Source: Candidatus Babelota bacterium (lineage in GTDB: Bacteria > Babelota > Babeliae > Babelales > Vermiphilaceae). Taken from it: 32,000 nt of DNA. The notes beneath the pieces were generated by a model, which was given only the letters and a program-made list of their open reading frames with translations, made no database searches and was not told where the DNA came from. The DNA lies in the NCBI GenBank assembly GCA_039809905.1, contig JBDHVY010000001.1, positions 30,001-62,000 of the forward strand, written 5' to 3'. How positions within the stretch are numbered: position 1 is the first letter of the stretch; every line of letters starts with the position of its first letter. Shown piece after piece: positions 1 to 8,169 of the stretch. A program made the position numbers and the translations under genes.

Positions 1-714
1 GACAAAAAATCACAAAAAAAAACAATCTCTCTCAAGCACTATATTCCTTTTTGCACCTTGATCGCACTTATGTGTATAGCATTGTTAAAACAACCAGATT
101 TTGGCATGACAATCACACTATTGCTCACGACTATCATTTTATTTTTTTGTGCACATGCAAACATCAAACATATAATTGTTACACTTATCGGACTTGCCAT
201 GAGCGCTGCAGTACTCATTCTTTTTAGACCATATCGTTTACAACGTGTATTAACATTTTTAGACCCTTGGCAAGATCCAAAAGGTGCTGGCTTTCAAATC
301 ATTCAATCTTTAATTGCTATTGGATCCGGTAACTGGCTTGGCACGGGCATTGCGCATTCACGTCAAAAATTCTTCTATTTACCTATGCAACATACTGATT
401 TTATTTTCTCAATTATTGCAGAAGAAACAGGATTGATTGGATGCATATTTTTAATCACCCTTTTCATTTTATTATTATATTTTGGTATTCGTATTGCACA
501 CCAACTTACCAACACTTTTAGTACGTTGGTTATTCTTGGGTTCATGATTCTTATTCATCTACAAACAGTAATGAATATGGCCGTTGCAACAGGGCTCGCT
601 CCTACAAAAGGAGTTGGCATGCCATTTATTAGTTATGGAAACACATCACTTGTCTGTTATCTTTTTATGATTGGTGTTATTATAAATATGGTTCATGAAA
701 AGAGAATTTCTTAA
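1..714 (+). CDS. ftsW: FtsW-type lipid II polymerase/flippase (SEDS family), C-terminal part; reading frame is open from base 1 so the gene starts upstream
   Basis: Frame open from position 1; SEDS motifs AIGSGNWLGTGIAHSRQKFFYLPMQHTDFIFSIIAEETGLIG and PTKGVGMPFISYGNTSL; multiple hydrophobic helices. Confidence 0.85.
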   Translation, partial: DKKSQKKTISLKHYIPFCTLIALMCIALLKQPDFGMTITLLLTTIILFFCAHANIKHIIVTLIGLAMSAAVLILFRPYRLQRVLTFLDPWQDPKGAGFQIIQSLIAIGSGNWLGTGIAHSRQKFFYLPMQHTDFIFSIIAEETGLIGCIFLITLFILLLYFGIRIAHQLTNTFSTLVILGFMILIHLQTVMNMAVATGLAPTKGVGMPFISYGNTSLVCYLFMIGVIINMVHEKRIS

Positions 715-775
715 CTCATACATCATTTTCAAGAACTCAACAGAGTCTAGAAACAATAAAAATTTAAGGCAAAAC

Positions 776-1549
776 ATGGAACAAATTACTCAAAAAATTG
801 ATGCTCAAACAGAATACATTGCACCAGAAAACAGCTTAGATCCACTTGGTGATGGTATCAGTTCAGTTGAATTAGTTCGCGTATCAGGATCTGATCTTGA
901 TGTTGTTAATGCCGCGCGAGTTTCCTATGGTAAAGTCTCAACAGAAGTCTCTGAACGAGATAAAAAATTAATCAGTTTCTTAATGGAACATAATCATACA
1001 AGCCCATTTGAACATAATCAATTTTCATTTCGTATCAAAGCACCTATTTTTGTTGTACGCCAATGGATGCGTCATCGCATGAATTCTTATAATGAAATTA
1101 GTTACCGTTATGTAAAAGCAGCTCTTGAATTTTATGTTCCACCAAAATGGCGCTCACAAGATCTTAAAAATAAACAGGCCTCTATCGGCTCTTTTGATAA
1201 TGCTGAATTTACTGCAAAATTTAAAGAATCAATTGCTCAAAGCGTACAAACATATGAATATTTGCTTGAAAATAGTGTAGGCAGAGAAATTGCACGGAGC
1301 GTATTACCTCTGTGCACATATACAGAATTTATTTTTACCTGCAATTTACATTCACTCATGCATTTTTTAAAACTACGTTTACACGCAGGGGCACAATTTG
1401 AAATTCGGATGTACGCGCAAACATTGCTTAAACTTGCGCTACCCCATTTTCCAATTTCTTTGGGTGAATGGAAACGTATTCATGCTGCAGAATTAGAAAT
1501 TGAAGAAGATCTATTTACTAAAAACTTTACAGCAGCTGTTGAACAATAA
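776..1549 (+). CDS. thyX: Flavin-dependent thymidylate synthase ThyX; likely start at the internal ATG at 776 rather than 695
   Basis: ThyX signature RHRMNSYNEISYRY; SGSDLDVVNAARVSYGK N-terminus; AGAQFEIRMYA C-terminal region. Confidence 0.95.
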   Translation: MEQITQKIDAQTEYIAPENSLDPLGDGISSVELVRVSGSDLDVVNAARVSYGKVSTEVSERDKKLISFLMEHNHTSPFEHNQFSFRIKAPIFVVRQWMRHRMNSYNEISYRYVKAALEFYVPPKWRSQDLKNKQASIGSFDNAEFTAKFKESIAQSVQTYEYLLENSVGREIARSVLPLCTYTEFIFTCNLHSLMHFLKLRLHAGAQFEIRMYAQTLLKLALPHFPISLGEWKRIHAAELEIEEDLFTKNFTAAVEQ

Positions 1550-1630
1550 AATAATTACTATTGATTTTGTTAAAAATAAAATAATAATCTGTGTTTTTGT
1601 AAGTGTTTTATTAAAACAAGGAGATTATCT

Positions 1631-2146
1631 ATGTCAGCAAAATCAACTGCAGCTACTGCCAAAAAAAAATCGAGCACAAAAAAAACTACTGCTAAGAAAA
1701 CTACTGCAAAAAAAACAGCTGTAAAAAAGAAAAGTGCTCCAAAAAAAGCTACCGCTAAAAAAGCTGTTGCTAAAAAAAAATCAGCTCCTGCAAAAAAAGC
1801 TGCTCCTAAGAAAAAAACAGTTAAAAAAGCAGTAGCAAAACGTAAGCCAGCAGCAAAAAAAGCTGCTCCTAAACGAAAAGTAGCAGCAAAAAAACCAAGT
1901 GCTGCTAAAACAACAAAAAAAAGCTCGGCTAAAAAGCCAAGTTCAGCTAAAAAATCAACACCCAAATATGGCCCAGCTGCAGGAAAAGAAGTAGAAAAAG
2001 AAATGCACAAATTCAAAGAAGGAACAGCAACTTCTGGCGTAGGCGAAGCACCAGTAGAATCACGTGAACAAGCTATTGCAATTGGATTATCAAAAGCACG
2101 CAAAAAAGGCGTTAAAGTTCCTAAAAAAGCTGGTAGTTCAAAGTAA
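1631..2146 (+). CDS. Histone H1-like Lys/Ala-rich DNA-binding protein with a conserved short C-terminal domain
   Basis: Basic AAKK/TAKK repeats followed by EMHKFKEGTATSGVG...SREQAIAIGLSKARKKGVKVPKK (DUF6496-like tail); AAGGAG at about 1618 upstream of ATG. Confidence 0.8.
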   Translation: MSAKSTAATAKKKSSTKKTTAKKTTAKKTAVKKKSAPKKATAKKAVAKKKSAPAKKAAPKKKTVKKAVAKRKPAAKKAAPKRKVAAKKPSAAKTTKKSSAKKPSSAKKSTPKYGPAAGKEVEKEMHKFKEGTATSGVGEAPVESREQAIAIGLSKARKKGVKVPKKAGSSK

Positions 2147-2162
2147 TACATAGTTTTTTAAT

Positions 2163-2199
2163 AAAAAGAATCGTGCAGCAAACATGCACGATTCTTTTT
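2163..2199. terminator. Bidirectional-looking intrinsic terminator between convergent genes
   Basis: 15-nt perfect inverted repeat aaaaagaatcgtgca / tgcacgattcttttt, 7-nt loop, flanking A/T tracts. Confidence 0.85.
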
Positions 2200-2239
2200 T
2201 CTTTTTCATAACTTCTATGAAAATTAATAGAGTATATGC

Positions 2240-3670
2240 TTATTTTTTTTCAGCAAGCCTTTCTAAGACCAAACTTTTCAGCGCTGTATAAAAAAGACCT
2301 TCTCCCAAAATACCTTCAATATCTTCAATTATCTTAAGATACAGAGAAAGATTTTCTGGTGATTCTTTGGCCAATTGCTTTTTTATACCAAACCTTGTCA
2401 AATTCTTAGAAAATTCATTCAATATTGTAACACCTTCTTTGAGATCTCCTGCCACTTCTTCTGGCATCCGTTCTTCTTCTAATTGTTTTTCCAACAAACT
2501 CTCTGAAGTTACTTCACCACGACTTTCTATAAATTCAGGTCTTGTTCGCAAGTTATGCAATGGAATTGTCGCATTTCCCTGTTCAATGTTTTCAATCAAG
2601 AACATTAATCGATTTCTTTCATGTGAATCTTTTTGCAAATGATAGACATTTGGTAATGTATCAAGAACTATATATTGTATATCATCACCCATTTTAATAA
2701 TCGCAAAAGCAAAATAATGCCCGTGTGCTTCTGCAACTTCTTCATTGCCAATAATAATAACATGCACAAAGTTTTTTTCCTTTAATCCATCACGTAACTT
2801 TTGCTTAAGATTTTGAACATATATAAATTCTTCTGGATTAAATACACCATATTCAGGAGTTTTATCTAAATTCGAATCAAATAACCCAACAGTACTAACT
2901 GCCGATATATTTGAAATATCAATGCTAAAACTAACACTCATTTTTTTTAAATTATCTTTTACCGTTTCAACATTAATCCAATCATCAATCGAAAGATTCA
3001 AGAGAAAATTTGTTGCACTGTTGATATCGCCAAGATAGGTGAGATATTTAATTTCTCCTGTTTCGCCATAATCACGAATAAGACAGGCATTATTTAACGC
3101 ATGCCCTGCGCATAATGCAGGAGATAATGTTGTTTTTTCTGCCAATTCAAATTGATTCAGACTTTTAATTTGCAGCAATGCTCGATTCCATTCATTATAA
3201 CTGCCTAATGGCACCACACATGGCGCATCAATACTTACCTCTTTTTCTTCAAACCCTACATTTCCCTGATTCGATACAAAAATGTGGTATTTTGGACCAG
3301 GTGCTGCAGTTAAACCTGCAAGTTGTTGCTTGATATCTGCTTCTCCTAATCCTTGGCTACGTAATTCTTGTACCATTTCTTGCGCTATCATTGGATCAAG
3401 CTGAAATCCTTCTTGCTGACTAAATAATGGACATAAGCCCAATTCTTGCATTGATTGTACGTCTGTAGGCACCAAATGAGCTTCTAATGGTTTTTTTTGT
3501 ACATAACTGCTCATTAAGAAACTTTTTTGCGGCATTCTTCTCATTAATCCATGTTTTTTTGCTAATGGAATGGCCATCTGCATTCCATAACACTCATAGT
3601 TACTCCATAATAGTAGAAGCGCAACCATAAGCCTGACGCACAAAGCACATTTGTTTTTTACAGAATCCAT
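2240..3670 (-). CDS. Secreted protein with putative Josephin/papain-like cysteine protease core; likely start at the second Met (3670), ORF open to 3691
   Basis: Hydrophobic N-terminus (LCVRLMVALLLLWSNYECYG); LSPALCAGHALNNA, later HGHYFAFAI and YIVLDTLPN in C-H-D order. Confidence 0.5.
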   Translation of the reverse strand: MDSVKNKCALCVRLMVALLLLWSNYECYGMQMAIPLAKKHGLMRRMPQKSFLMSSYVQKKPLEAHLVPTDVQSMQELGLCPLFSQQEGFQLDPMIAQEMVQELRSQGLGEADIKQQLAGLTAAPGPKYHIFVSNQGNVGFEEKEVSIDAPCVVPLGSYNEWNRALLQIKSLNQFELAEKTTLSPALCAGHALNNACLIRDYGETGEIKYLTYLGDINSATNFLLNLSIDDWINVETVKDNLKKMSVSFSIDISNISAVSTVGLFDSNLDKTPEYGVFNPEEFIYVQNLKQKLRDGLKEKNFVHVIIIGNEEVAEAHGHYFAFAIIKMGDDIQYIVLDTLPNVYHLQKDSHERNRLMFLIENIEQGNATIPLHNLRTRPEFIESRGEVTSESLLEKQLEEERMPEEVAGDLKEGVTILNEFSKNLTRFGIKKQLAKESPENLSLYLKIIEDIEGILGEGLFYTALKSLVLERLAEKK

Positions 3671-3935
3671 ATTACTATCTCCATAAACCATTTAATTGAT
3701 CAGATATTACCAATTTTGTCATTATTAATATTAAAATAAATTCAAATATAAAATCAACTCAATAAATAATTTATAATGATTCCCTGTTTTTCTTGCTTAA
3801 TTTTTTTATGTTTTAACAACGCAGTTGAGTTATGCGACATGCTTTATCCATTTATTTTTTGTAGATTTTGACATTAACAAAAAAAAATAGTGTACTTAAC
3901 AGCCATAATAAAAATATCTTAAAAAAAGGATCTCT

Positions 3936-4508
3936 ATGAAGATTGGCAAACTTATTCTTATCGGCATAATTACTTCAAATATTTTTTATGCAATGGATAA
4001 CCCAGAAATTATAGTTAGGAATACATCAAAAGATGATTCAAGCAAACTTGTTTCGAAAAAGAAAAATCCTGTGATAGTAATGCCAACGAAATCGATTACA
4101 CTAGAAAATTCATTAAGTAAAAAAATCGCTGTTGAACCCTATGAGCATCGCGTACATATAAAAGATTTGTTTACGGTAATCCCATTTAATGGTAAAAAAA
4201 AGAGATTAAATGAATGGATTCTCACTAAAAATAAAAAATTCAGTAATATCGAACAGTCATATTTTGACCATACCAATTATCATTACAATGGAACAGTGAA
4301 AGATTTCGATTTTGATGCACTTCAATCTCTATCAGCAGGACGAGGATTTTATTATTCTAACTCTAAACATCAAATCAACATAATAGGAATGTTGATCGGA
4401 GGTGATTGCAAGAACAAAAAAAATCTGCAATCCTATTTTAGCTTTCTTCTGGCACATTATATGGTTCGCAAAGGTCTTATAAATCATCAATCTTATCCAG
4501 AAAAATAA
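3936..4508 (+). CDS. Hypothetical secreted protein
   Basis: Signal-peptide-like start MKIGKLILIGIITSNIFYAMD; aaaaaagga upstream; complete 190-aa ORF. Confidence 0.6.
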   Translation: MKIGKLILIGIITSNIFYAMDNPEIIVRNTSKDDSSKLVSKKKNPVIVMPTKSITLENSLSKKIAVEPYEHRVHIKDLFTVIPFNGKKKRLNEWILTKNKKFSNIEQSYFDHTNYHYNGTVKDFDFDALQSLSAGRGFYYSNSKHQINIIGMLIGGDCKNKKNLQSYFSFLLAHYMVRKGLINHQSYPEK

Positions 4509-4533
4509 GAAAAATAAGCTTTTACAATAGAAT

Positions 4534-4576
4534 AAAAAAAGAAGCCTCGGAACCATATTCCGAGGCTTCTTTTTTT
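4534..4576. terminator. Intrinsic terminator between convergent genes
   Basis: 17-nt perfect inverted repeat aaaaaaagaagcctcgg / ccgaggcttcttttttt with 9-nt loop. Confidence 0.9.
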
Positions 4577-4589
4577 ATTCTATATCTTT

Positions 4590-6101
4590 CTATTTATTCC
4601 AGTTCATCGCCAAAGCAGTAAGTAAACGAACACCTACTCCAGTAGCACCAGGACCATAATAAGAAATATTTGGTACATCAAATGCGGTACCTGCAATATC
4701 AAGATGTGCCCATGCAATATCATCAACAAAATTTTGTAAAAAATGGGCCGCAGTTGAAGCCCCAGCTGGTATTTGTTTGCTACCAATATTACAAATATCT
4801 GCAACAGTAGAAGTTATCGCTTTTTTATAATCATCACCCATCGGCAACTGCCATAAGCGCTCACCAGCAATTTCTGCAGCACCGTGTAAACGTTCGATTA
4901 ATGCTGGATGTTCACTAAATAATCCACTATAAAATGGCCCGAGCGCGCGAGAGCATGCGCCAGTTAATGTTGCTAAATCAACAATAACATCTGGTTTATA
5001 ATGTTTCACTGCATAAGAAAGTGCATCAGCAAGAATTAACCGCCCTTCTGCATCAGTATTTTTAATTTCTGCTGTTTTACCATTATAGAACGTTACAATA
5101 TCACCAGGCTTTGTAGCATGACCACTTGGTAAATTCTCTGATGTTGGAGCAATAGCAACAATGTTTACGTCTGGTTTCAATTGCGCAAGTGCATCAATCG
5201 CACAAATAACTGCCGCAGCACCAGACATATCTTCTTTCATAGTTTCCATATAGTCTGCTGGCTTTAAGCTCAATCCACCGGAATCAAACGTTATACCTTT
5301 ACCAACAAAACATAACGTTGGCGCATCTTTTTTTGCAGTTTTATATTCGAGGATAATTAATGCACAATCAATATCTGATCCTCGGGAAACTCCGGCCAAT
5401 CCACCCATACCCATTTTTATAACTTCTTGTTCACCAAATGTAGTAATTTTTAAATCATTACGGTTGGCAACTTTTTGAGCTTCTTCAACCATATGTTGAG
5501 GAGTTAAGTTTGAAGGTGGCATATCAACCCAGTGGCGCGCTTGGTTAACCGCCTTGGCAATAATATTTCCTTCTTTTATCCCCTGCTCAGCTTCTATTTG
5601 ATACTGCTCATCTGCAACAAGAATAGCTTCTGATAATTTATTTTCTTTGGACTTTTTATCGGTAATATAATCATCAAAACGATATTGTGCCATCTGCAAT
5701 GTTATAACTGTTTGTTCTGCCATATAAAAAGGAGAAGCACCAATACCTAATTTTGCGAGTACATGTAAAGCAACAGATGTTCCTTTGCATGCGCGAATTT
5801 CTTTTACTAATTGACCTAATGCACGGCGATAACGCTCAATTGGACTTACACTCTTCGATTCATCACCTACTCCAACCACAATACCAAATGCCACTCTCGC
5901 ATCAATAATCAAAGGAACGGTAAGTGATTCTTGTAAACTTCCGGTAAACTTACGCTGCTTTACAATGGCTGCAAATTCAGGACAGGTCTTTTTGAATGCA
6001 TTACTGATTGCCGCGATATCAAAATCTTTTTCAACGATATAGGCATAACAGTCAACATTATGCGCCAACAAATCTTTAGTTGAAAGGGAGATATTTATCA
6101 T
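4590..6101 (-). CDS. pepA: Leucyl (cytosol) aminopeptidase, M17 family
   Basis: M17 signature NTDAEGRLILADAL; KGITFDSGGLSLKP; metal-binding residues present. Confidence 0.95.
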   Translation of the reverse strand: MINISLSTKDLLAHNVDCYAYIVEKDFDIAAISNAFKKTCPEFAAIVKQRKFTGSLQESLTVPLIIDARVAFGIVVGVGDESKSVSPIERYRRALGQLVKEIRACKGTSVALHVLAKLGIGASPFYMAEQTVITLQMAQYRFDDYITDKKSKENKLSEAILVADEQYQIEAEQGIKEGNIIAKAVNQARHWVDMPPSNLTPQHMVEEAQKVANRNDLKITTFGEQEVIKMGMGGLAGVSRGSDIDCALIILEYKTAKKDAPTLCFVGKGITFDSGGLSLKPADYMETMKEDMSGAAAVICAIDALAQLKPDVNIVAIAPTSENLPSGHATKPGDIVTFYNGKTAEIKNTDAEGRLILADALSYAVKHYKPDVIVDLATLTGACSRALGPFYSGLFSEHPALIERLHGAAEIAGERLWQLPMGDDYKKAITSTVADICNIGSKQIPAGASTAAHFLQNFVDDIAWAHLDIAGTAFDVPNISYYGPGATGVGVRLLTALAMNWNK

Positions 6102-6146
6102 ATATTTTTTACTCCATAAAATAATTAAAAGTCATGTAATAATAAC

Positions 6147-6182
6147 AAAAAAAAGCACTGCTTGAAAGCAGTGCTTTTTTTT
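6147..6182. terminator. Intrinsic terminator
   Basis: Inverted repeat aaaaaaaagcactgct / agcagtgctttttttt with tgaa loop, upstream of pepA and downstream of the minus-strand gene block above it. Confidence 0.75.
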
Positions 6183-6268
6183 ATCGGATCTTAATCGATA
6201 TCCCCATGTAATTTATCTCCACACTTTAATTGCGGTCCCCATATAAAAAAAATGGAAAATGGGGTTAA

Positions 6269-6859
6269 TTATTCCATATTTTCTTGTCGCTCTTCAGGAG
6301 CATATCCTCGCACAACCATATCACGTGGATAGAAATATGGTCTCCAACTTTCATTTTCTTGTTCAACAATTTGTTGTCTACGGTTTTCTTTGTTTGCAAC
6401 GTACTGTTTAATCTGGGCTCCATAACGATCATCTATAAAGGATTGTAAATCTGCTCGAGAGATAAAGCCTTCTAAATTAATCACTGATCCTTGATTATCA
6501 ACACATCTCTTACCATTATTGAAAAATATAAATGTCGGCATTGTGGTAACGCGATATAAACCAGCAAGATCTGATAAATCCTTACGTCCAACGTTTATCT
6601 TAAGAAAAATAATATCGGCATCATCGTAAGGCTGATATCCACTTAAATCTTCATACATGTTCATTAATCCTCTATTCTGACCACGCATTTTTCCATTTCC
6701 TTTTTCACCTTCATAAAAAAGTGCTACTACCATAGAACCTTTTGATACCGTATTTTCAAAATCTCTGCGAGTCATAACAGCTCTTACTTTTGCATGCAAA
6801 AAATTACCGCTCAATAAAGCACACAGTACTATCATTATCATTTTTTTATTCTTTTTCAT
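6269..6859 (-). CDS. Secreted thioredoxin-fold protein lacking the CXXC redox motif
   Basis: Signal-like N-terminus; SMVVALFYEGEKGNGKMRGQN at the CXXC position; cis-Pro motif YRVTTMPTFIFFNNG. Confidence 0.6.
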   Translation of the reverse strand: MKKNKKMIMIVLCALLSGNFLHAKVRAVMTRRDFENTVSKGSMVVALFYEGEKGNGKMRGQNRGLMNMYEDLSGYQPYDDADIIFLKINVGRKDLSDLAGLYRVTTMPTFIFFNNGKRCVDNQGSVINLEGFISRADLQSFIDDRYGAQIKQYVANKENRRQQIVEQENESWRPYFYPRDMVVRGYAPEERQENME

Positions 6860-6884
6860 CTTATATGCCTTCTTTTAGTATGTT

Positions 6885-7928
6885 TTATCCAAATAAATGA
6901 TCATCATCTTCTTCATCTTCAACAATACCTTCTTGGGGCAGCTGATTAATATCACCATTCAGGACTTGATCACAGAACAATCGGACATTTTCTATATATT
7001 TTTCAGGATTATAAAAAAATGAATCATAATGCCGGCGCCCATTAGTAAGCCATAAACGCTTATAACCACCAGCATTTTGGTATACATTCATAATTTGCTC
7101 AACAGAAACCTTTTGATCATTTTTACAATGAATAAAAAAAGTAGGAACAGTAATTTTCTTAGCTGATTCAGCCGGATATAAAGGACAAAAATTAGTATTT
7201 ACCCCAGTAGCATCCATTTGGGCAACTGTTTTTAACACCGCTTTAACAAGTGCTTGAACATAGGGATGGAACGCATGTTTTTGCAGAAAATCTCTTCCAG
7301 GCAAATCAAACTCATATCCAAATAAGGTACATTTTAGTCCTTGCAATCCGCTTTGTATAACCTTTTCACTTGAATCAAAAGGACAATCCAATAGCATTGC
7401 ATCAAATAAGTCTGAAACCAAAGCCTGCGCTTCTATTGAAGAAACCGCCCCCATAGAAAATCCATAAACAAAAAGAGGAATACCTTCTAATTCAGGATGA
7501 TTACGTAAAAACTGTGCCGCAGCAATCACATCGAGCGATTCATCTCGCCCAAAAGTGCAATATTGCCCCTCACTATCTTCACCATGAGCTCTAAAATCAA
7601 ATGTCATTACATTAAACTGGCTCTTTTTAAACACTTTTCTCAATATACCCACATCATATCTATCACACATAAACCCATGACAAATCAGAATAGTTGCTTT
7701 TGCATTCTGACACCGCATCAGAACACCTTTACGCGTAATTCTATCATTGCAGTTATGCCCCACTTGTGGATACAAAGAAACGTGTTCTACAACAATACCA
7801 TTACATTCTTTAGTTTTTTCTGGAATAATACATCCATAGGGATTTTCTTGGATATGTCCCACTAGAATAGCTGCGTGGAATACAGATAAAATGATGGTAA
7901 TATAGCTTTTTATGCTTTTCATGATCAC
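6885..7928 (-). CDS. Secreted alpha/beta hydrolase (serine aminopeptidase/esterase-like)
   Basis: HGFMCDRYD oxyanion region, nucleophile elbow GFSMGAVSS, FIHCKNDQKV Asp, GRRHYDSF His; hydrophobic N-terminus. Confidence 0.85.
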   Translation of the reverse strand: MIMKSIKSYITIILSVFHAAILVGHIQENPYGCIIPEKTKECNGIVVEHVSLYPQVGHNCNDRITRKGVLMRCQNAKATILICHGFMCDRYDVGILRKVFKKSQFNVMTFDFRAHGEDSEGQYCTFGRDESLDVIAAAQFLRNHPELEGIPLFVYGFSMGAVSSIEAQALVSDLFDAMLLDCPFDSSEKVIQSGLQGLKCTLFGYEFDLPGRDFLQKHAFHPYVQALVKAVLKTVAQMDATGVNTNFCPLYPAESAKKITVPTFFIHCKNDQKVSVEQIMNVYQNAGGYKRLWLTNGRRHYDSFFYNPEKYIENVRLFCDQVLNGDINQLPQEGIVEDEEDDDHLFG

Positions 7929-8169
7929 CTTTTTTTATTCTTTTTTCTCTATCAGTCTATCATGACAAAATTACAACTTGCAATGTTTTTTGCATTTAAA
8001 AACAACAAGATATGAACTATTTTGCCTTTTATCATAAAGAAATAGCTCTAATACCTGATTATAAAAGCACCAAATTTCCCAAAAATAAAAATTAATGCTA
8101 TCTTAATAGTATTAATAAAGGTTTTTAACAAAATAAATTAATATCACCGCTTGGGGAGGACTAATTCTT

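Noticed and set aside
1500-1724. 74-aa plus-strand ORF overlapping thyX end and the H1-like gene start
   Set aside because: Low-complexity out-of-frame reading of A-rich sequence; no independent support.
1570-2151. 193-aa minus-strand ORF rich in F/A/L
   Set aside because: Antisense shadow of the low-complexity Lys/Ala-rich histone-like gene, which has an RBS and a conserved C-terminal domain on the plus strand.
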